DNA of 64,000 bases from an uncultured virus (IMG/VR IMGVR_UViG_3300031707_003496). Lineage: Duplodnaviria; Heunggongvirae; Uroviricota; Caudoviricetes. The notes beneath the pieces were generated by a model. That model searched no databases, was not told the DNA's origin, and worked only from the letters and a program-made list of their open reading frames with translations. The stretch is taken from the IMG/VR virus record IMGVR_UViG_3300031707_003496; one strand, given 5' to 3'. Shown here piece after piece: positions 49,941-61,005 of the stretch. A program made the position numbers and the translations under genes. Each line of letters opens with the position of its first letter. The stretch's first letter is position 1.

Positions 49941-51328
49941 TTACACACAGACTGAGAGTAATGATAGCGACATTCTTCATAGTGATGTTCGCTGTAGGTA
50001 TCGTATCAGCAGTCCCTCCGCCACCGTTGGGACCGCCGTCAATTAACTTTACGGGAGTACCAGTAACCGGGCAGGTCCCGTTAAGTGTTGCGTTCACAGC
50101 GACGACGCATAACATGACGCCGCCGTTATCGTATGAATGGAGTTTCGGGGATAGCAGCGGAGCGACGCAAATGGATCCCCATATCTCACACGTCTATACG
50201 AATCCCGGTAAGTATGATGTAAAACTTATCGTAACGGATTACGGTATTGGCGGGTCACAATGGTTGTCGATGGAGAAACAGGACTATATCTTCGTCACGC
50301 ACGTTCCTCCGACAGCAGGGTTTACATATATCCCGCACAGTGGCAACAGCCCGGTTGAAGTCCAGTTCACCAGTACAACTACCGGGTTTGAACCGGAACT
50401 GTTATGGGATTTCGATGACGGAGAAACAACTACCGCTACAAACCCAACGCACACATTTACCGGGGCGAGCCACCCGGAACCGAAATATTATCTGGTTAAC
50501 CTGACAGCAACAAACGACGGGGGTTCAACTTCGTATTCACAGAATGTAGAAGTTCTCCCGCCACTACCACACGCAGACTTCATTGCTACCAGCACGACCA
50601 CCGGGCCAGTACCATTGGCGGTGCAGTTCAATGACACGTCTATCGGGATGGGAATTAATTCCTGGAGCTGGCAGTTCGGCGATGGCGGCACGTCTGGTCA
50701 GAGAAACCCGGTACACGCCTATTCCAGTATTGGATTATATGACGTTACTCTAACCGCATCCAGCTTATTTGGATCGAACACAACTACCCGTATAGATTTC
50801 GTCAATGTAACAAACGTAACGGGACCTGTAGTTTGTCCGGATCCAATTGTATGTCCGGATCCAATTGTATGTCCGACACCACCGACTATAAATCCTGTCA
50901 GTGTAGGTATCTACAAAGACGGAACGTGGTATCTGGATATGAACACCAACGGCATCTGGGACGGTCCGGTTACTGACCGGTTAGTTACCGCATTCGGCCA
51001 GCCTGGTTGGGAACCAGTAAGAGGAGACTGGAACGGTAACGGGATAACGGAAATCGGTATCTACAAAGATGGCGTCTGGTATCTCGACTATGACGGTTCT
51101 GGTACATGGAATATGGGTGATAAACTCTACAACTTCGGGTCACCGACCTGGAACCCGGTTATGGGAGACTGGACAGGTACGGGTACAACCAAGATCGGTA
51201 TCTACAAAGCCGGGACGTGGTATCTTGACCTGAACGGCAACGGTATCTGGGACGGCACGACAACCGATAAATACGTAACCTATTTCGGCCAGCCCGGATG
51301 GGCACCTGTTCCGGGGAAGTGGAGCTAA
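49937..51328 (+). CDS. secreted protein with three PKD domains and FG-GAP/VCBS-like repeats
   Basis: WSFGD, WDFDDG, WQFGDG; three GIYK.G.WYLD..G.W repeats; CPDPIV linker. Confidence 0.85.
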   Translation: MITHRLRVMIATFFIVMFAVGIVSAVPPPPLGPPSINFTGVPVTGQVPLSVAFTATTHNMTPPLSYEWSFGDSSGATQMDPHISHVYTNPGKYDVKLIVTDYGIGGSQWLSMEKQDYIFVTHVPPTAGFTYIPHSGNSPVEVQFTSTTTGFEPELLWDFDDGETTTATNPTHTFTGASHPEPKYYLVNLTATNDGGSTSYSQNVEVLPPLPHADFIATSTTTGPVPLAVQFNDTSIGMGINSWSWQFGDGGTSGQRNPVHAYSSIGLYDVTLTASSLFGSNTTTRIDFVNVTNVTGPVVCPDPIVCPDPIVCPTPPTINPVSVGIYKDGTWYLDMNTNGIWDGPVTDRLVTAFGQPGWEPVRGDWNGNGITEIGIYKDGVWYLDYDGSGTWNMGDKLYNFGSPTWNPVMGDWTGTGTTKIGIYKAGTWYLDLNGNGIWDGTTTDKYVTYFGQPGWAPVPGKWS

Positions 51329-51674
51329 GTAAAATGCCAGCGATGATCCTGACGAAACCCGGTCAGGGGAGCACAACCCGGTTTAGCCTCATTGAAACAG
51401 ACAGCAAGCGCAATTCCAGCATATATTCCCGGGGGTTTTGGTTTTTCCCCCGGGCAACAAAATAGTTGCCAACCAAGAGGGTCACCCGGTTCACTGTTCC
51501 GGGGGTTGGCTTCAGGTATGAAGTGTGAAGAGTGTAATTATAAGATTGGAGATAAGTGTTGGTATATGGGCAGGATATCAACGACAACCAAGATACTGAT
51601 CTGGTTGTTTGGTTGTATGCGATATAGTCCGTGGCAGTTGCATACCAGCAGGAGAGAGTAGGAAAGGGATATGT

Positions 51675-52481
51675 TTGAAACCGATATTTCGTGTAAGCTG
51701 GACACCAGTACTTATTCTAATTATATTAGTATCTTGTACTGGATGTACGAGTCAGTCAGGGACTACGAATACGGCAGCTATCATAACCGGGACGCCTATG
51801 ACGATTCCGAGTGCCACGCCTACGCTTATCCCGAGGACGACTACGATACCGACGTCGATTATTACCGAGATACCGACCGCCACCCCCGTCCCAGTATATA
51901 CCGCCATTGAACCGGAATGGACGCAACCGCCGACCGTCTACCTTCCTGCTGAGAAGGATATAACGAAAATAAACTTCACGCAGTTTAAGAACGATAATTT
52001 CATAGCGGAATACCCGGCAACGTGGATTCTAGAGAATGATATATTTGAAGTTCGCAACAACCAGGTTACCGGGCAGGACCTTTACAAACCACTGGGGAAT
52101 CGGATATCGTTTATCAGCGAAGACCGAAACACCAGGATGATTGTAAAGACCTATGATTTTATCGCCCCGGCATTACACACCTATTCCCCGACAATTGACA
52201 CAGCGAGAAGGGTTGTAGCGTTATTATATCCGAGCGTCAATAGCGAATCAGCCGTATATAATTATCAGTATACCCAGAACCGACAAGGCGTGTTCACCGC
52301 AACGTATGATGTTGTTATGCCGAACCTGTCTTACCGTGACGAATCGTTTGTAACGTATAATCATTATTTTGAGATACAGTTTATCGTTACGAATAGTTCG
52401 TTAGAAGACTATCGTGATTTAAAGTACTGGATGATGAACTCTGTAGTAACGGAAGGAATGCAGACAGGAGGGTGGTGGTAA
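51675..52481 (+). CDS. lipoprotein-like secreted protein with T/P linker
   Basis: ILVSCTGC lipobox-like sequence, PT-rich linker; start uncertain. Confidence 0.6.
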   Translation: MKPIFRVSWTPVLILIILVSCTGCTSQSGTTNTAAIITGTPMTIPSATPTLIPRTTTIPTSIITEIPTATPVPVYTAIEPEWTQPPTVYLPAEKDITKINFTQFKNDNFIAEYPATWILENDIFEVRNNQVTGQDLYKPLGNRISFISEDRNTRMIVKTYDFIAPALHTYSPTIDTARRVVALLYPSVNSESAVYNYQYTQNRQGVFTATYDVVMPNLSYRDESFVTYNHYFEIQFIVTNSSLEDYRDLKYWMMNSVVTEGMQTGGWW

Positions 52482-53443
52482 TGCAAACCATTACCATTGA
52501 TGCGTGTAGTCTCTGCCAGTTGCAATGCGTCCAATGCCCGATATCCCAGATGGGGTATAAGAATACTATCAAGAAAGGATACCTGACATTTGAGTCTTTT
52601 AATCGGTTGGTAAAAGACAACCCGGGAATAAAGGCAATCAAACTCGATTGTTCCGGGGAACTGTTCCTGAACCAACATCTCAGATATATTTTAATGTATG
52701 CATTTAACGATGATGTTATGCTGTCCTGCCCGGGTGGGGTGAACCTCAACACCGTAACCGAAGAGACTTTAAAGGATTTAGTCCGGTTTCGGTTCCAGTA
52801 CCTGAACGTATCCATTGACGGTGCGAGCCAGGATACTTATGAGCAGTATCGGGTTGGCGGGGATTTCGCCGAGGTCATTCACAACATCAACATCATTAAC
52901 GATTACAAACGAAAGTTCAACACGCCGTATCCAAAACTCCAGTGGCAGTTCATCGTCTTCGGGCACAACGAACATGAGATAAGAAAAGCCCGGAAGACGG
53001 CGGAAGAGTTAGGGATGCGGTTCTATCCTAAGATGAACTGGAACTCTACGTACTCGCCAATAAAAGATACAGCGGAAGTTAAAAGACAGACGGGTTGGGA
53101 AGTAACCACTCGGGAAGAATACGAGAAGAAGTATAAGAGAAGTTACGTGCGGTCAACCTGTTACGAGCTGTGGGGGAACCCGAGACTATCCTGGGATGTA
53201 TCCGTAACCGGGTGTAGTTGGAATACGTGGGACAGGTTTGATGCGGTAACTGTTACCCACGCCAGGAAAGTCCTGATGGGAAAGTATCCGGTACACCAAC
53301 CGATACCGTGTAACCAATGCGAGATATTATTGGAAATGGATAAGACTAAAAATTACCTTACCCGCCGAGAGCTCTGGAACCATCTCGTTAAGCACGAGAT
53401 AACAACGAGGATAAAGTACTGGATGTGGAGACGGAACCTGTGA
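52481..53443 (+). CDS. radical SAM/SPASM protein
   Basis: CQLQCVQC (CxxxCxxC), SGE, SIDGASQDTY..YRVGG. Confidence 0.85.
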   Translation: MQTITIDACSLCQLQCVQCPISQMGYKNTIKKGYLTFESFNRLVKDNPGIKAIKLDCSGELFLNQHLRYILMYAFNDDVMLSCPGGVNLNTVTEETLKDLVRFRFQYLNVSIDGASQDTYEQYRVGGDFAEVIHNINIINDYKRKFNTPYPKLQWQFIVFGHNEHEIRKARKTAEELGMRFYPKMNWNSTYSPIKDTAEVKRQTGWEVTTREEYEKKYKRSYVRSTCYELWGNPRLSWDVSVTGCSWNTWDRFDAVTVTHARKVLMGKYPVHQPIPCNQCEILLEMDKTKNYLTRRELWNHLVKHEITTRIKYWMWRRNL

Positions 53444-54384
53444 AGAGACTGGTAAGTATTGTAATCCCGGCGTATAACGAAGAAGCAGTACTTACTGAAC
53501 TAAAAGTACGGTTACAAGAGTTCATGGGCAACCAACCGTCCTACGATTTTGAAGTTGTGATTGTTGAGAACGGGTCGTATGATAAAACGTATGAACGCCT
53601 GCGGGAAATACACCGGGAAGACCCCCGGTTTAAAATCGTTAAGTTATCCCGGAACTTCGGGCCTGACGAAGGCATTGTAGCCGGGCTCCGGTACGTGCAC
53701 GGACACGCTGCGATTATCATGGACGCTGATTTACAGGACCCGCCGGAACTCATTCACCAGTTCATTCAGAAATGGGAAGAAGGATATGAAATTGTATACG
53801 GTATAATACAAAAACGGGAAGGCGTATCGTCATTCAGGAAAGTAATATCCCGGGGTGCGTATTGGATTATCAATAAGTTAAGTAACAACCTGATCCCGGA
53901 GAATGCCTGTGACTTCCGGTTGATTGACCGGAAAGTATACCGGGCATTAAACAGGATGAACGAGAAGAACAAGTTCTTGCGAGGGTTGATTGTATGGACA
54001 GGGTTCCGCCAGGTTGGTGTGCCCTTTGAACGGCACCCGAGATTTGCCGGAGAACCAAAAGCCGGGTTTAGAATGGCGTGGGATATTGCAATGAACGGGA
54101 TCTTCTCATTCTCTTATTTCCCGTTAAAGATTGCAACGGCAGCAGGGTTCTTATTATTCGGGCTGTCTTGTATTTTAACGGCAATTGAAATTTACCTGTA
54201 TCTGATATACGGCAGAGAAGTCCCGGGGTTTACGACATTAGTTCTCAGTATCTTATTCGGGTTCGGTATGGTGTTCCTGATGTTCGGGGTTCTTGGGAAT
54301 TATATTGAACGGATTTACGAAGAGGTTAAACAACGACCGAATTATATTGTTGATACGGTGGTAGGTTTTAATGAACCCGAATAA
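53440..54384 (+). CDS. GT2 polyprenol-phosphate glycosyltransferase (GtrB/YkoT-like)
   Basis: IVIPAYNEE, LSRNFG, MDADLQDPPELI, DFRLIDR, two C-terminal TM. Confidence 0.9.
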   Translation: MKRLVSIVIPAYNEEAVLTELKVRLQEFMGNQPSYDFEVVIVENGSYDKTYERLREIHREDPRFKIVKLSRNFGPDEGIVAGLRYVHGHAAIIMDADLQDPPELIHQFIQKWEEGYEIVYGIIQKREGVSSFRKVISRGAYWIINKLSNNLIPENACDFRLIDRKVYRALNRMNEKNKFLRGLIVWTGFRQVGVPFERHPRFAGEPKAGFRMAWDIAMNGIFSFSYFPLKIATAAGFLLFGLSCILTAIEIYLYLIYGREVPGFTTLVLSILFGFGMVFLMFGVLGNYIERIYEEVKQRPNYIVDTVVGFNEPE

Positions 54385-55783
54385 ACATCTGCTGGCAATC
54401 GCGGGCATCTTCTTAGGTGTTGCTTATTACATCCATACCAGATATCTCTTTTTAGTCGGAGACCAGTATGATAACATCCCGTTAATGTATCGTGCACTCG
54501 ACCCATCGTATTTAATAAACGACTGGTACGTAAACGCCAATTCCGGGATGTCAGTCCGGTTCTTTTACATCCAGGTTATTGCAGGCATTACTCATTATCT
54601 CGCTCTATCAGAAACGATGGTTATCCTGTACACGCTTTCACTACTGGCAACGATCCTTTTAGTGTATTATATTGCAGTTGAACTATCCGGCAGTCCGATA
54701 GTAGGTATCCTGTCAGCTCTCATCATCCTGTTCTTACCGGACATAACGCTCGGAGGGTCAGAAGGAATCATTCCTTATTTAATCCCACAAACGATTGCTA
54801 TGCCGTTTGTTCTCTTAGGATTCTACTTGTTCTTAAAAGAGCGATACCTTCTATCTTTTACTGCCTTAGGGATTGCTACTTACTTCCAGATGTTGTGGGG
54901 ATTACAGGCCGCGATTATCTTAACGGCCATCCTCGGATTTACTGCTATTAAAACACGGGATATCAAGACACTCGTTCCGTGCCTGGCGTATCCTCTTGTA
55001 TCAGCGCCAGCATTGTTTATGACGCTGGCAGTTGCAGGTGGTAACAACCCGCTGGTTATCAATACCCTTCTCTTCCGAATGCCGCACCATTACTTACCGT
55101 TTACCTGGCCGATTGGAAATTATACACTCTTCTTTATGTTTAGTTGTTTAGTAATAACCGCCGGTCTTTACGCACGGAAACGGAACGCAATACTATTAAA
55201 AATACTGGCACTGGTTATAGTGCTCTGTTGTATCGGGACGGTATTTGTTGAACTGGTCCCGATAGCGCCTGTCATTAAATTACAACTGTTTAAATCAACC
55301 TTCTTCTTTGTAGTGTTCGGCACGATACTTATCATCACCACGCTCTTCCAACACCTGCCTACATTAGAAATCCCGACAACAATACCAGTACTTATTGTAT
55401 GCGTCTTACTGGGGATATCAGGTATCTATCTTATCAGTTCTACGAACATCACACCAGCACTTTCCCAGAACGAAGAGCTCTATCAAAGGGTGATGGCGTA
55501 TACGTGGCCAGACGATACGTTCCTCGTCCCGCCGCTTATGCAGGATTTCCGTACCGGTACAAACCGAAGTGTAGTTGTTGACTGGAAAGGAGTGCCCTTA
55601 AAAGACGCAGCTCTTATTGAGTATAATAAACGGATAAACGATATTACCGGGCAACAGTTTACCCGCCCGTTAACAATTGAACAGATGAACGAGTATTACG
55701 AAAACCTCAGTGCTCAACAAATCACGGATTTAAAAAAGAAGTATAATGCTACGTATGCAATTCAAGGCGGTGTATTGATATGA
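54371..55783 (+). CDS. multi-TM protein, probable GT-C-type sugar transferase (DUF6798-like C-terminus)
   Basis: DPSYLINDW, RMPHHYLP, FLVPP..FR...RSVVVDWK. Confidence 0.6.
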   Translation: MNPNKHLLAIAGIFLGVAYYIHTRYLFLVGDQYDNIPLMYRALDPSYLINDWYVNANSGMSVRFFYIQVIAGITHYLALSETMVILYTLSLLATILLVYYIAVELSGSPIVGILSALIILFLPDITLGGSEGIIPYLIPQTIAMPFVLLGFYLFLKERYLLSFTALGIATYFQMLWGLQAAIILTAILGFTAIKTRDIKTLVPCLAYPLVSAPALFMTLAVAGGNNPLVINTLLFRMPHHYLPFTWPIGNYTLFFMFSCLVITAGLYARKRNAILLKILALVIVLCCIGTVFVELVPIAPVIKLQLFKSTFFFVVFGTILIITTLFQHLPTLEIPTTIPVLIVCVLLGISGIYLISSTNITPALSQNEELYQRVMAYTWPDDTFLVPPLMQDFRTGTNRSVVVDWKGVPLKDAALIEYNKRINDITGQQFTRPLTIEQMNEYYENLSAQQITDLKKKYNATYAIQGGVLI

Positions 55784-56742
55784 AGATTGGATTTTATAAT
55801 ATTTACAACGAGTTTAATGGTAACCGCATCTTCAACAAAATGGAGTTGCCGATTGGAGACGACTTAACGTATCCGTTCCGATACCTTGCCAACTATGCAC
55901 GGATGAAAGGAATACACTTATCGACTATCGACACACAACCCTTAGATGACTATGATGCAATTGTATTCATGGATTTTCCCGGGCGGTATAATAAATATCT
56001 CAAAGAATTACAGGACATGAATTTCGATAACCTGTTCTTAATGATATTCGAGAACGAAGTCATCCGGCCGTGGAACTGGGATACGGATAATTATCAGATG
56101 TTTAAGAAAGTGTTTACGTGGAGTACTTCCATTAAAACCAAGAACACGAGTCATTATTACTTACCCGTAAACGTGCCAATGGACCCGCACTTCTCCCAAG
56201 AAGAGAAAACAACGTTGTGTACCTTACTGGCCAGCAGAAAGAGTTCTTCACATCCGCATAACCTCTATGAAGAACGGGTGAGAGCAATCCGATGGTTTGA
56301 ACAAAACCATCCGGAAGATTTTGACCTGTATGGAATCGGTTGGTATAAGATAGGTCCCTTTGGGAATCCTTCGTATAAGGGAAGAGTCTCGTCAAAGAAC
56401 GCAACGTTACGTAAATATAAATTCTCGATCTGTTATGAGAACGCCAGGGATATTCCGGGATACGTTACGGAGAAAATATTCGATAGTTTCTTTGCCGGGT
56501 GTGTGCCGGTATATTGGGGAGCCTCGGATATAACTGATACGGTTCCGGAAGATACATTTATTGACATGCGGAAGTATCCTACCTATTCCCATCTTTATGA
56601 ATATATCAGTACAATACCCGATAATGTTTACCAGGAATATCTCGATAATATTCTTGACTATATCCATTCAGATGAGATACAACAGTATAACACCCCACAT
56701 TTTACAGAGACAATCTTAAATGGGATCTTGGAGGTATTTTAA
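55780..56742 (+). CDS. GT10 (alpha-1,3-fucosyltransferase-like) glycosyltransferase
   Basis: YKFSICYEN..PGYVTEKIFDSFFAGCVPVYWG. Confidence 0.85.
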   Translation: MKIGFYNIYNEFNGNRIFNKMELPIGDDLTYPFRYLANYARMKGIHLSTIDTQPLDDYDAIVFMDFPGRYNKYLKELQDMNFDNLFLMIFENEVIRPWNWDTDNYQMFKKVFTWSTSIKTKNTSHYYLPVNVPMDPHFSQEEKTTLCTLLASRKSSSHPHNLYEERVRAIRWFEQNHPEDFDLYGIGWYKIGPFGNPSYKGRVSSKNATLRKYKFSICYENARDIPGYVTEKIFDSFFAGCVPVYWGASDITDTVPEDTFIDMRKYPTYSHLYEYISTIPDNVYQEYLDNILDYIHSDEIQQYNTPHFTETILNGILEVF

Positions 56743-56743
56743 A

Positions 56744-57670
56744 ATGAACATTCTTATTACGGGAGCGACAGGTTTTGTCGGAAGAAGCATTGTTGAATCG
56801 TTTACGGGCAAGTATACGTTACTCACTCCGTCACACAACGAGCTTGATTTATTAAACCAGAAAGACGTACAGGACTATTTCAGGAACCACCGTATCGACA
56901 CGGTAATCCACTGTGCCTTATCCGGATGTAATCGGAAGACGGAAACCTATCCGAGCCAGATACTTGAGAAGAACCTTCGTATGTTCTTCAACCTTGCAGA
57001 GAACCGGGACTGTTATTCCCGGTTAATTAATCTCGGGTCGGGTGGGGAATATAATAAGTTCCGTGACCTTTACAATGTCAAAGAAGAAGAGTTCGGGAAA
57101 CAATTCCCACCGGACGATTATGGTTTATCAAAGTTTATCATTTCAAATTATATTGAAAAGACGAAGAACATGTACTGTCTCAGACCGTTCGGGTTGTTCG
57201 GGAAATACGAGGACTATGAGTTTCGGTTTATCTCAAATGCGATTGTAAAGAACCTGTTACACTTACCGATTGTTATCCAGCAGAACGTCCGGTTCAGTTG
57301 GTTATATATTAACGATTTCCTGAAGATACTGGATGCGTTTATTACAGTGGAACAACCGAACCACTCAGATTATAACGTAACGCCAGACCAGACAACCAAC
57401 TTGCTTACCATTGCCCAGGCAATCAACTGTCTGTCAACTCACCCGTCAAAGATTCATATTGAACACGACGGTCTTAATTTTGAGTATAGTGGTGACAACA
57501 CCCGGTTAAAAGAGTTTATGGGAGAGATATCATTTACGCCAATGGTTACGGCAATCCTCCAGATGAAGAACTATTACACTTCAATCCTTCCGCTCATTAA
57601 CAAAGACGCAATCCGCAATGACGTTTACGCAAAGAAGTGTATAATACGAGAGGAGCGGCCAGATGCATGA
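56744..57670 (+). CDS. NAD-dependent sugar epimerase/dehydratase
   Basis: ITGATGFVG, GSGGEY, YGLSK. Confidence 0.9.
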   Translation: MNILITGATGFVGRSIVESFTGKYTLLTPSHNELDLLNQKDVQDYFRNHRIDTVIHCALSGCNRKTETYPSQILEKNLRMFFNLAENRDCYSRLINLGSGGEYNKFRDLYNVKEEEFGKQFPPDDYGLSKFIISNYIEKTKNMYCLRPFGLFGKYEDYEFRFISNAIVKNLLHLPIVIQQNVRFSWLYINDFLKILDAFITVEQPNHSDYNVTPDQTTNLLTIAQAINCLSTHPSKIHIEHDGLNFEYSGDNTRLKEFMGEISFTPMVTAILQMKNYYTSILPLINKDAIRNDVYAKKCIIREERPDA

Positions 57671-58568
57671 ACCGTTAGTAAGTATCTGTATCCCGGCGTA
57701 TAATGCAGAGAAGACAATAGCGAGAACCCTCCAGTCGCTTATTGCTCAAACGTATCGGAACCTTGAAATCATTGTCGTAGATAATTGTTCGACAGATGAG
57801 ACCGCCAGTATCGCCCGATCATTTTCTGATAACCGGATAAAAGTTTATTCCAACGAAGAGCATTTACCATCAGCGGAATATAACTGGAACCGATGTTTTC
57901 GTTACCCAACCGGGAAGTATCTGGCAGTCTTCCACGCAGATGATATTTACTCACCGGATATTGTTTCCCGACAAGTTGAAACCTTTAAGGAATACCCGAC
58001 AGTAGTGGGAGTATTCACACAAGGTACTATTATCGACGACAATGATATACCAATGGGGACGTTTAAACTCCCGGAAGAAATTATCGGAAACCAACCGTAT
58101 ACGTATAATGAATTACTGAATGCGGTTCTTATTCACGCAGACTTTTTACCAACCCCCAGTGCAATGATAAAGACGGGTATTTATCTGGGATGTGCTCCAG
58201 TCCGGTATGACCAGTTTGCGTCAGCGTCTGACTTGGATATATGGTTACGGATAGCAAAGTATGGAGAGATAGTTATCCTGGATGAAAACCTGTTGAACTA
58301 CCGGGTCAGCAAATCACAATGGTCAAACCGACTGAACCGGTTGCGGACAAAAGAATCAGATTTCTTTAAGGTCATGGACTATCATCTCGCACGGAACAAA
58401 GACGTGCCTCGGGAAGTAAAGACAAGTTACGAGTTGTCACGGTTCGGAGATCAGGTATTGTGCCAGATAAATTTCTTACGGCAATACTTCTTCCGCCTAA
58501 TCTCCCACCCGGGATTACTGTATGAAAAATATAAAATGTATGCTTATTTCAAAAGGTTCAAGAAATGA
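57663..58568 (+). CDS. GT2 glycosyltransferase
   Basis: VSICIPAYNAE, VVDNCSTD, HADD, DLDIWLR. Confidence 0.9.
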   Translation: MHEPLVSICIPAYNAEKTIARTLQSLIAQTYRNLEIIVVDNCSTDETASIARSFSDNRIKVYSNEEHLPSAEYNWNRCFRYPTGKYLAVFHADDIYSPDIVSRQVETFKEYPTVVGVFTQGTIIDDNDIPMGTFKLPEEIIGNQPYTYNELLNAVLIHADFLPTPSAMIKTGIYLGCAPVRYDQFASASDLDIWLRIAKYGEIVILDENLLNYRVSKSQWSNRLNRLRTKESDFFKVMDYHLARNKDVPREVKTSYELSRFGDQVLCQINFLRQYFFRLISHPGLLYEKYKMYAYFKRFKK

Positions 58569-58903
58569 AAGAAGAACTGATGTTATTCCTATCAAAACGC
58601 CAAGTCGAGTTCCAGCGGGGATGGATGATGGTCGGCCAGATATCTGCCCTGATTACCTTTGAAACATTTGCAATGGTGTTCTGTACGAAGTTCGGGATTA
58701 CGGGAACGCCAGCGTTCTGTATCTATACTATTCTCCCGGTCGTTGCGGTGCTTGGAGTTATCGTGCTTGGATGGGAAATGAACCGTTCCGGCTACTCCCA
58801 CAAGTACCTGCAATACGATCAGAACCAGAACAAGGACTGGAAGAAAGCAATAGAAATCATTCACCGTCTGGAAGCGTATCTGGACGAAAAGAAGGTGGAG
58901 TAA
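58565..58903 (+). CDS. two-TM hypothetical protein
   Basis: Coupled ORF. Confidence 0.55.
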   Translation: MKEELMLFLSKRQVEFQRGWMMVGQISALITFETFAMVFCTKFGITGTPAFCIYTILPVVAVLGVIVLGWEMNRSGYSHKYLQYDQNQNKDWKKAIEIIHRLEAYLDEKKVE

Positions 58904-59259
58904 TGGATGTATTAATTGTCATCCTGACAGCGAACCTTCTGGGGGCGTTAGGACAACTCACCTTAAAAATCGGGATGGGGAATGTCGGGCAGGTCGATAC
59001 CTTATCAGTAGAAAAACTCGTCCAGATGTTTACGAACCCGATTATCATCGCCGGGTTAACGGTGTATGTTGTCGGAACCGTATTCTGGTTAATGGCATTA
59101 TCGAAAAAAGAGTTAAGTTATGTGTATCCCTTCCTGGCAATTACGATCATTCTGGTTATGATCTTATCGAAATTCGTTCTCCACGAAACAATCGGGATGT
59201 ACCGGATAGCTGGTATCGCAGTCATCATCTGCGGGATATTATTAGTGTCGAGGTCGTGA
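58903..59259 (+). CDS. EamA/SMR-family transporter (ArnE/F-like lipid-sugar flippase)
   Basis: GQLTLKIG, WLMALSKKELSYVYP, LHETI..RIAG. Confidence 0.85.
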   Translation: MDVLIVILTANLLGALGQLTLKIGMGNVGQVDTLSVEKLVQMFTNPIIIAGLTVYVVGTVFWLMALSKKELSYVYPFLAITIILVMILSKFVLHETIGMYRIAGIAVIICGILLVSRS

Positions 59260-59260
59260 A

Positions 59261-60379
59261 ATGAAGATACTGTTCATCGGGCATACAACCGGGTACGGTG
59301 GAGCAGCAATCAGTTTTACTACCAACCTGAGACACCTGATTGAAACAAACCAGGTGGATCCAAAAGAGTGCCTGGTCGCCGTTCCGCATAACGAACGGAA
59401 CTGGTGTGAAGGAGCGTACTGGTGGTTCAAGGATAAGATACCGTTTCGGTTCTGGTTCATGCCGTTCAGTGTTGCTGAGAAAGGCGGGTCGAAACGGATA
59501 CGGTCGAAACTCTATTCAATCGTCAAAGAGACAGTTTCGATTATTCTGTTCTTAGGAGTTTACAATCACCGTATAAGAAAAGAAAAAGTAACTCATATCC
59601 ATCTAAACTCGTTTGTGTTCTGGTCGTTGTTACCGTTCTTACCGAAAGAGATTATTAAGATTATTCACGTCCGGGAAATGATAAGCGATGACTTCTCAGG
59701 AAGGTTTGCTGCCCGGATAATCAACAAGTATGCCGATAAGATAATCGCCATCAGTGCCCAGTGTGCCGAGAAGTTACCGGGTGCCATTATCTGTGAGAAC
59801 CCGTATACTATGTATCGTGCCCGGCAATACCGGAATGTCAGGAATGAACTTAAAAGCAGAATCGGATTAAATGAAAACCCATTTATCGTATCAGTAATCG
59901 CACCGATAGGAAAACAAAAAGGATATGAGTTTTTAGTCAAGGTCATTGAAAGAACCCCGGAGATTACGTTTGTTATTATCGGGAAACCGTATCGGGACGG
60001 TCAGGCCCTTTACCACCAGTTACTGAACTTCCCGAATGTGCGTATCTATCCGGGCGGTGAGGATATGGATAAATTCTATGCGATTACGGATATTGTCCTC
60101 AGGTGTGAAGAGTATCTGCCGTTAGGTCGCACCGTGTTTGAAGGTATCTATGCCGGGTGTATAGCAGTTCTTCCGGTGAACGATACGGATAAGACACAAG
60201 AGATCGACCACTACTTAGGAGAACAGATATACTTATACCCGGCGGGAGATGTAGTGTCGTGTGGCAACCTGCTTCGTTCCATCTCTCACCAGTATCCGGA
60301 CGGGATATACAACAACGGGTTTGAACCTACTACGAACGTACCGACGAGCGCACAGAAGTTTAAGGAGGCGTTGCTATGA
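59261..60379 (+). CDS. GT4-like (GT-B) glycosyltransferase
   Basis: GYGGAA, HVRE, QKGY, EYLPLGRTVFEG. Confidence 0.75.
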   Translation: MKILFIGHTTGYGGAAISFTTNLRHLIETNQVDPKECLVAVPHNERNWCEGAYWWFKDKIPFRFWFMPFSVAEKGGSKRIRSKLYSIVKETVSIILFLGVYNHRIRKEKVTHIHLNSFVFWSLLPFLPKEIIKIIHVREMISDDFSGRFAARIINKYADKIIAISAQCAEKLPGAIICENPYTMYRARQYRNVRNELKSRIGLNENPFIVSVIAPIGKQKGYEFLVKVIERTPEITFVIIGKPYRDGQALYHQLLNFPNVRIYPGGEDMDKFYAITDIVLRCEEYLPLGRTVFEGIYAGCIAVLPVNDTDKTQEIDHYLGEQIYLYPAGDVVSCGNLLRSISHQYPDGIYNNGFEPTTNVPTSAQKFKEALL

Positions 60380-61005
60380 AAGTATTAATTTTATCCCCGC
60401 ATACGGACGATGCAGAGTTCAGTTGTGGGGGAACGATTGTCAAGGTATTAGAGAACGGAGATACCCTCCGATGGATAGTATTCTCAACCGCAGATGATTC
60501 GTTGCCGAAAGGATTTGAAAAGGACACTACGAAGAAAGAGTTCTATAGTGTCGTTCACCAGCTCGGGATGAGTAAAGGGCAGACTGTAGTCTACGATTAT
60601 AAAGTCCGACATTTACACCAGCACCGACAGGACATCTTAGAGAACTTGGTTTCAATCAGAAAACAATTTGAACCTGATTTAGTAATAGGCCCCTCCTTAA
60701 ACGACTTACACCAAGACCACCAGGTTGTAGCGTATGAGATGGTGCGGGCGTTTAAAACCTCGGCAAGTATTATCTGTTACGAATCGCCCGGGAACCATAT
60801 AACATTTAACACCCAATGCTTTGAACGACTATCAAGAAAACATATTATCAAGAAACACAAACTCGTCCAGAACTATAAATCACAATATGCGAAACGAAAG
60901 GATGTCTTCTCAGAAGAGTATATTTACGGGATGGCAAAAATGCGGGGGACACAATGTAATGCGGAATATGCCGAAGCGTTTGAGGTAGTACGATGGATGA
61001 TATAA
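60376..61005 (+). CDS. PIG-L family deacetylase
   Basis: SPHTDDAE, DLHQDH, AEAFE. Confidence 0.9.
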   Translation: MKVLILSPHTDDAEFSCGGTIVKVLENGDTLRWIVFSTADDSLPKGFEKDTTKKEFYSVVHQLGMSKGQTVVYDYKVRHLHQHRQDILENLVSIRKQFEPDLVIGPSLNDLHQDHQVVAYEMVRAFKTSASIICYESPGNHITFNTQCFERLSRKHIIKKHKLVQNYKSQYAKRKDVFSEEYIYGMAKMRGTQCNAEYAEAFEVVRWMI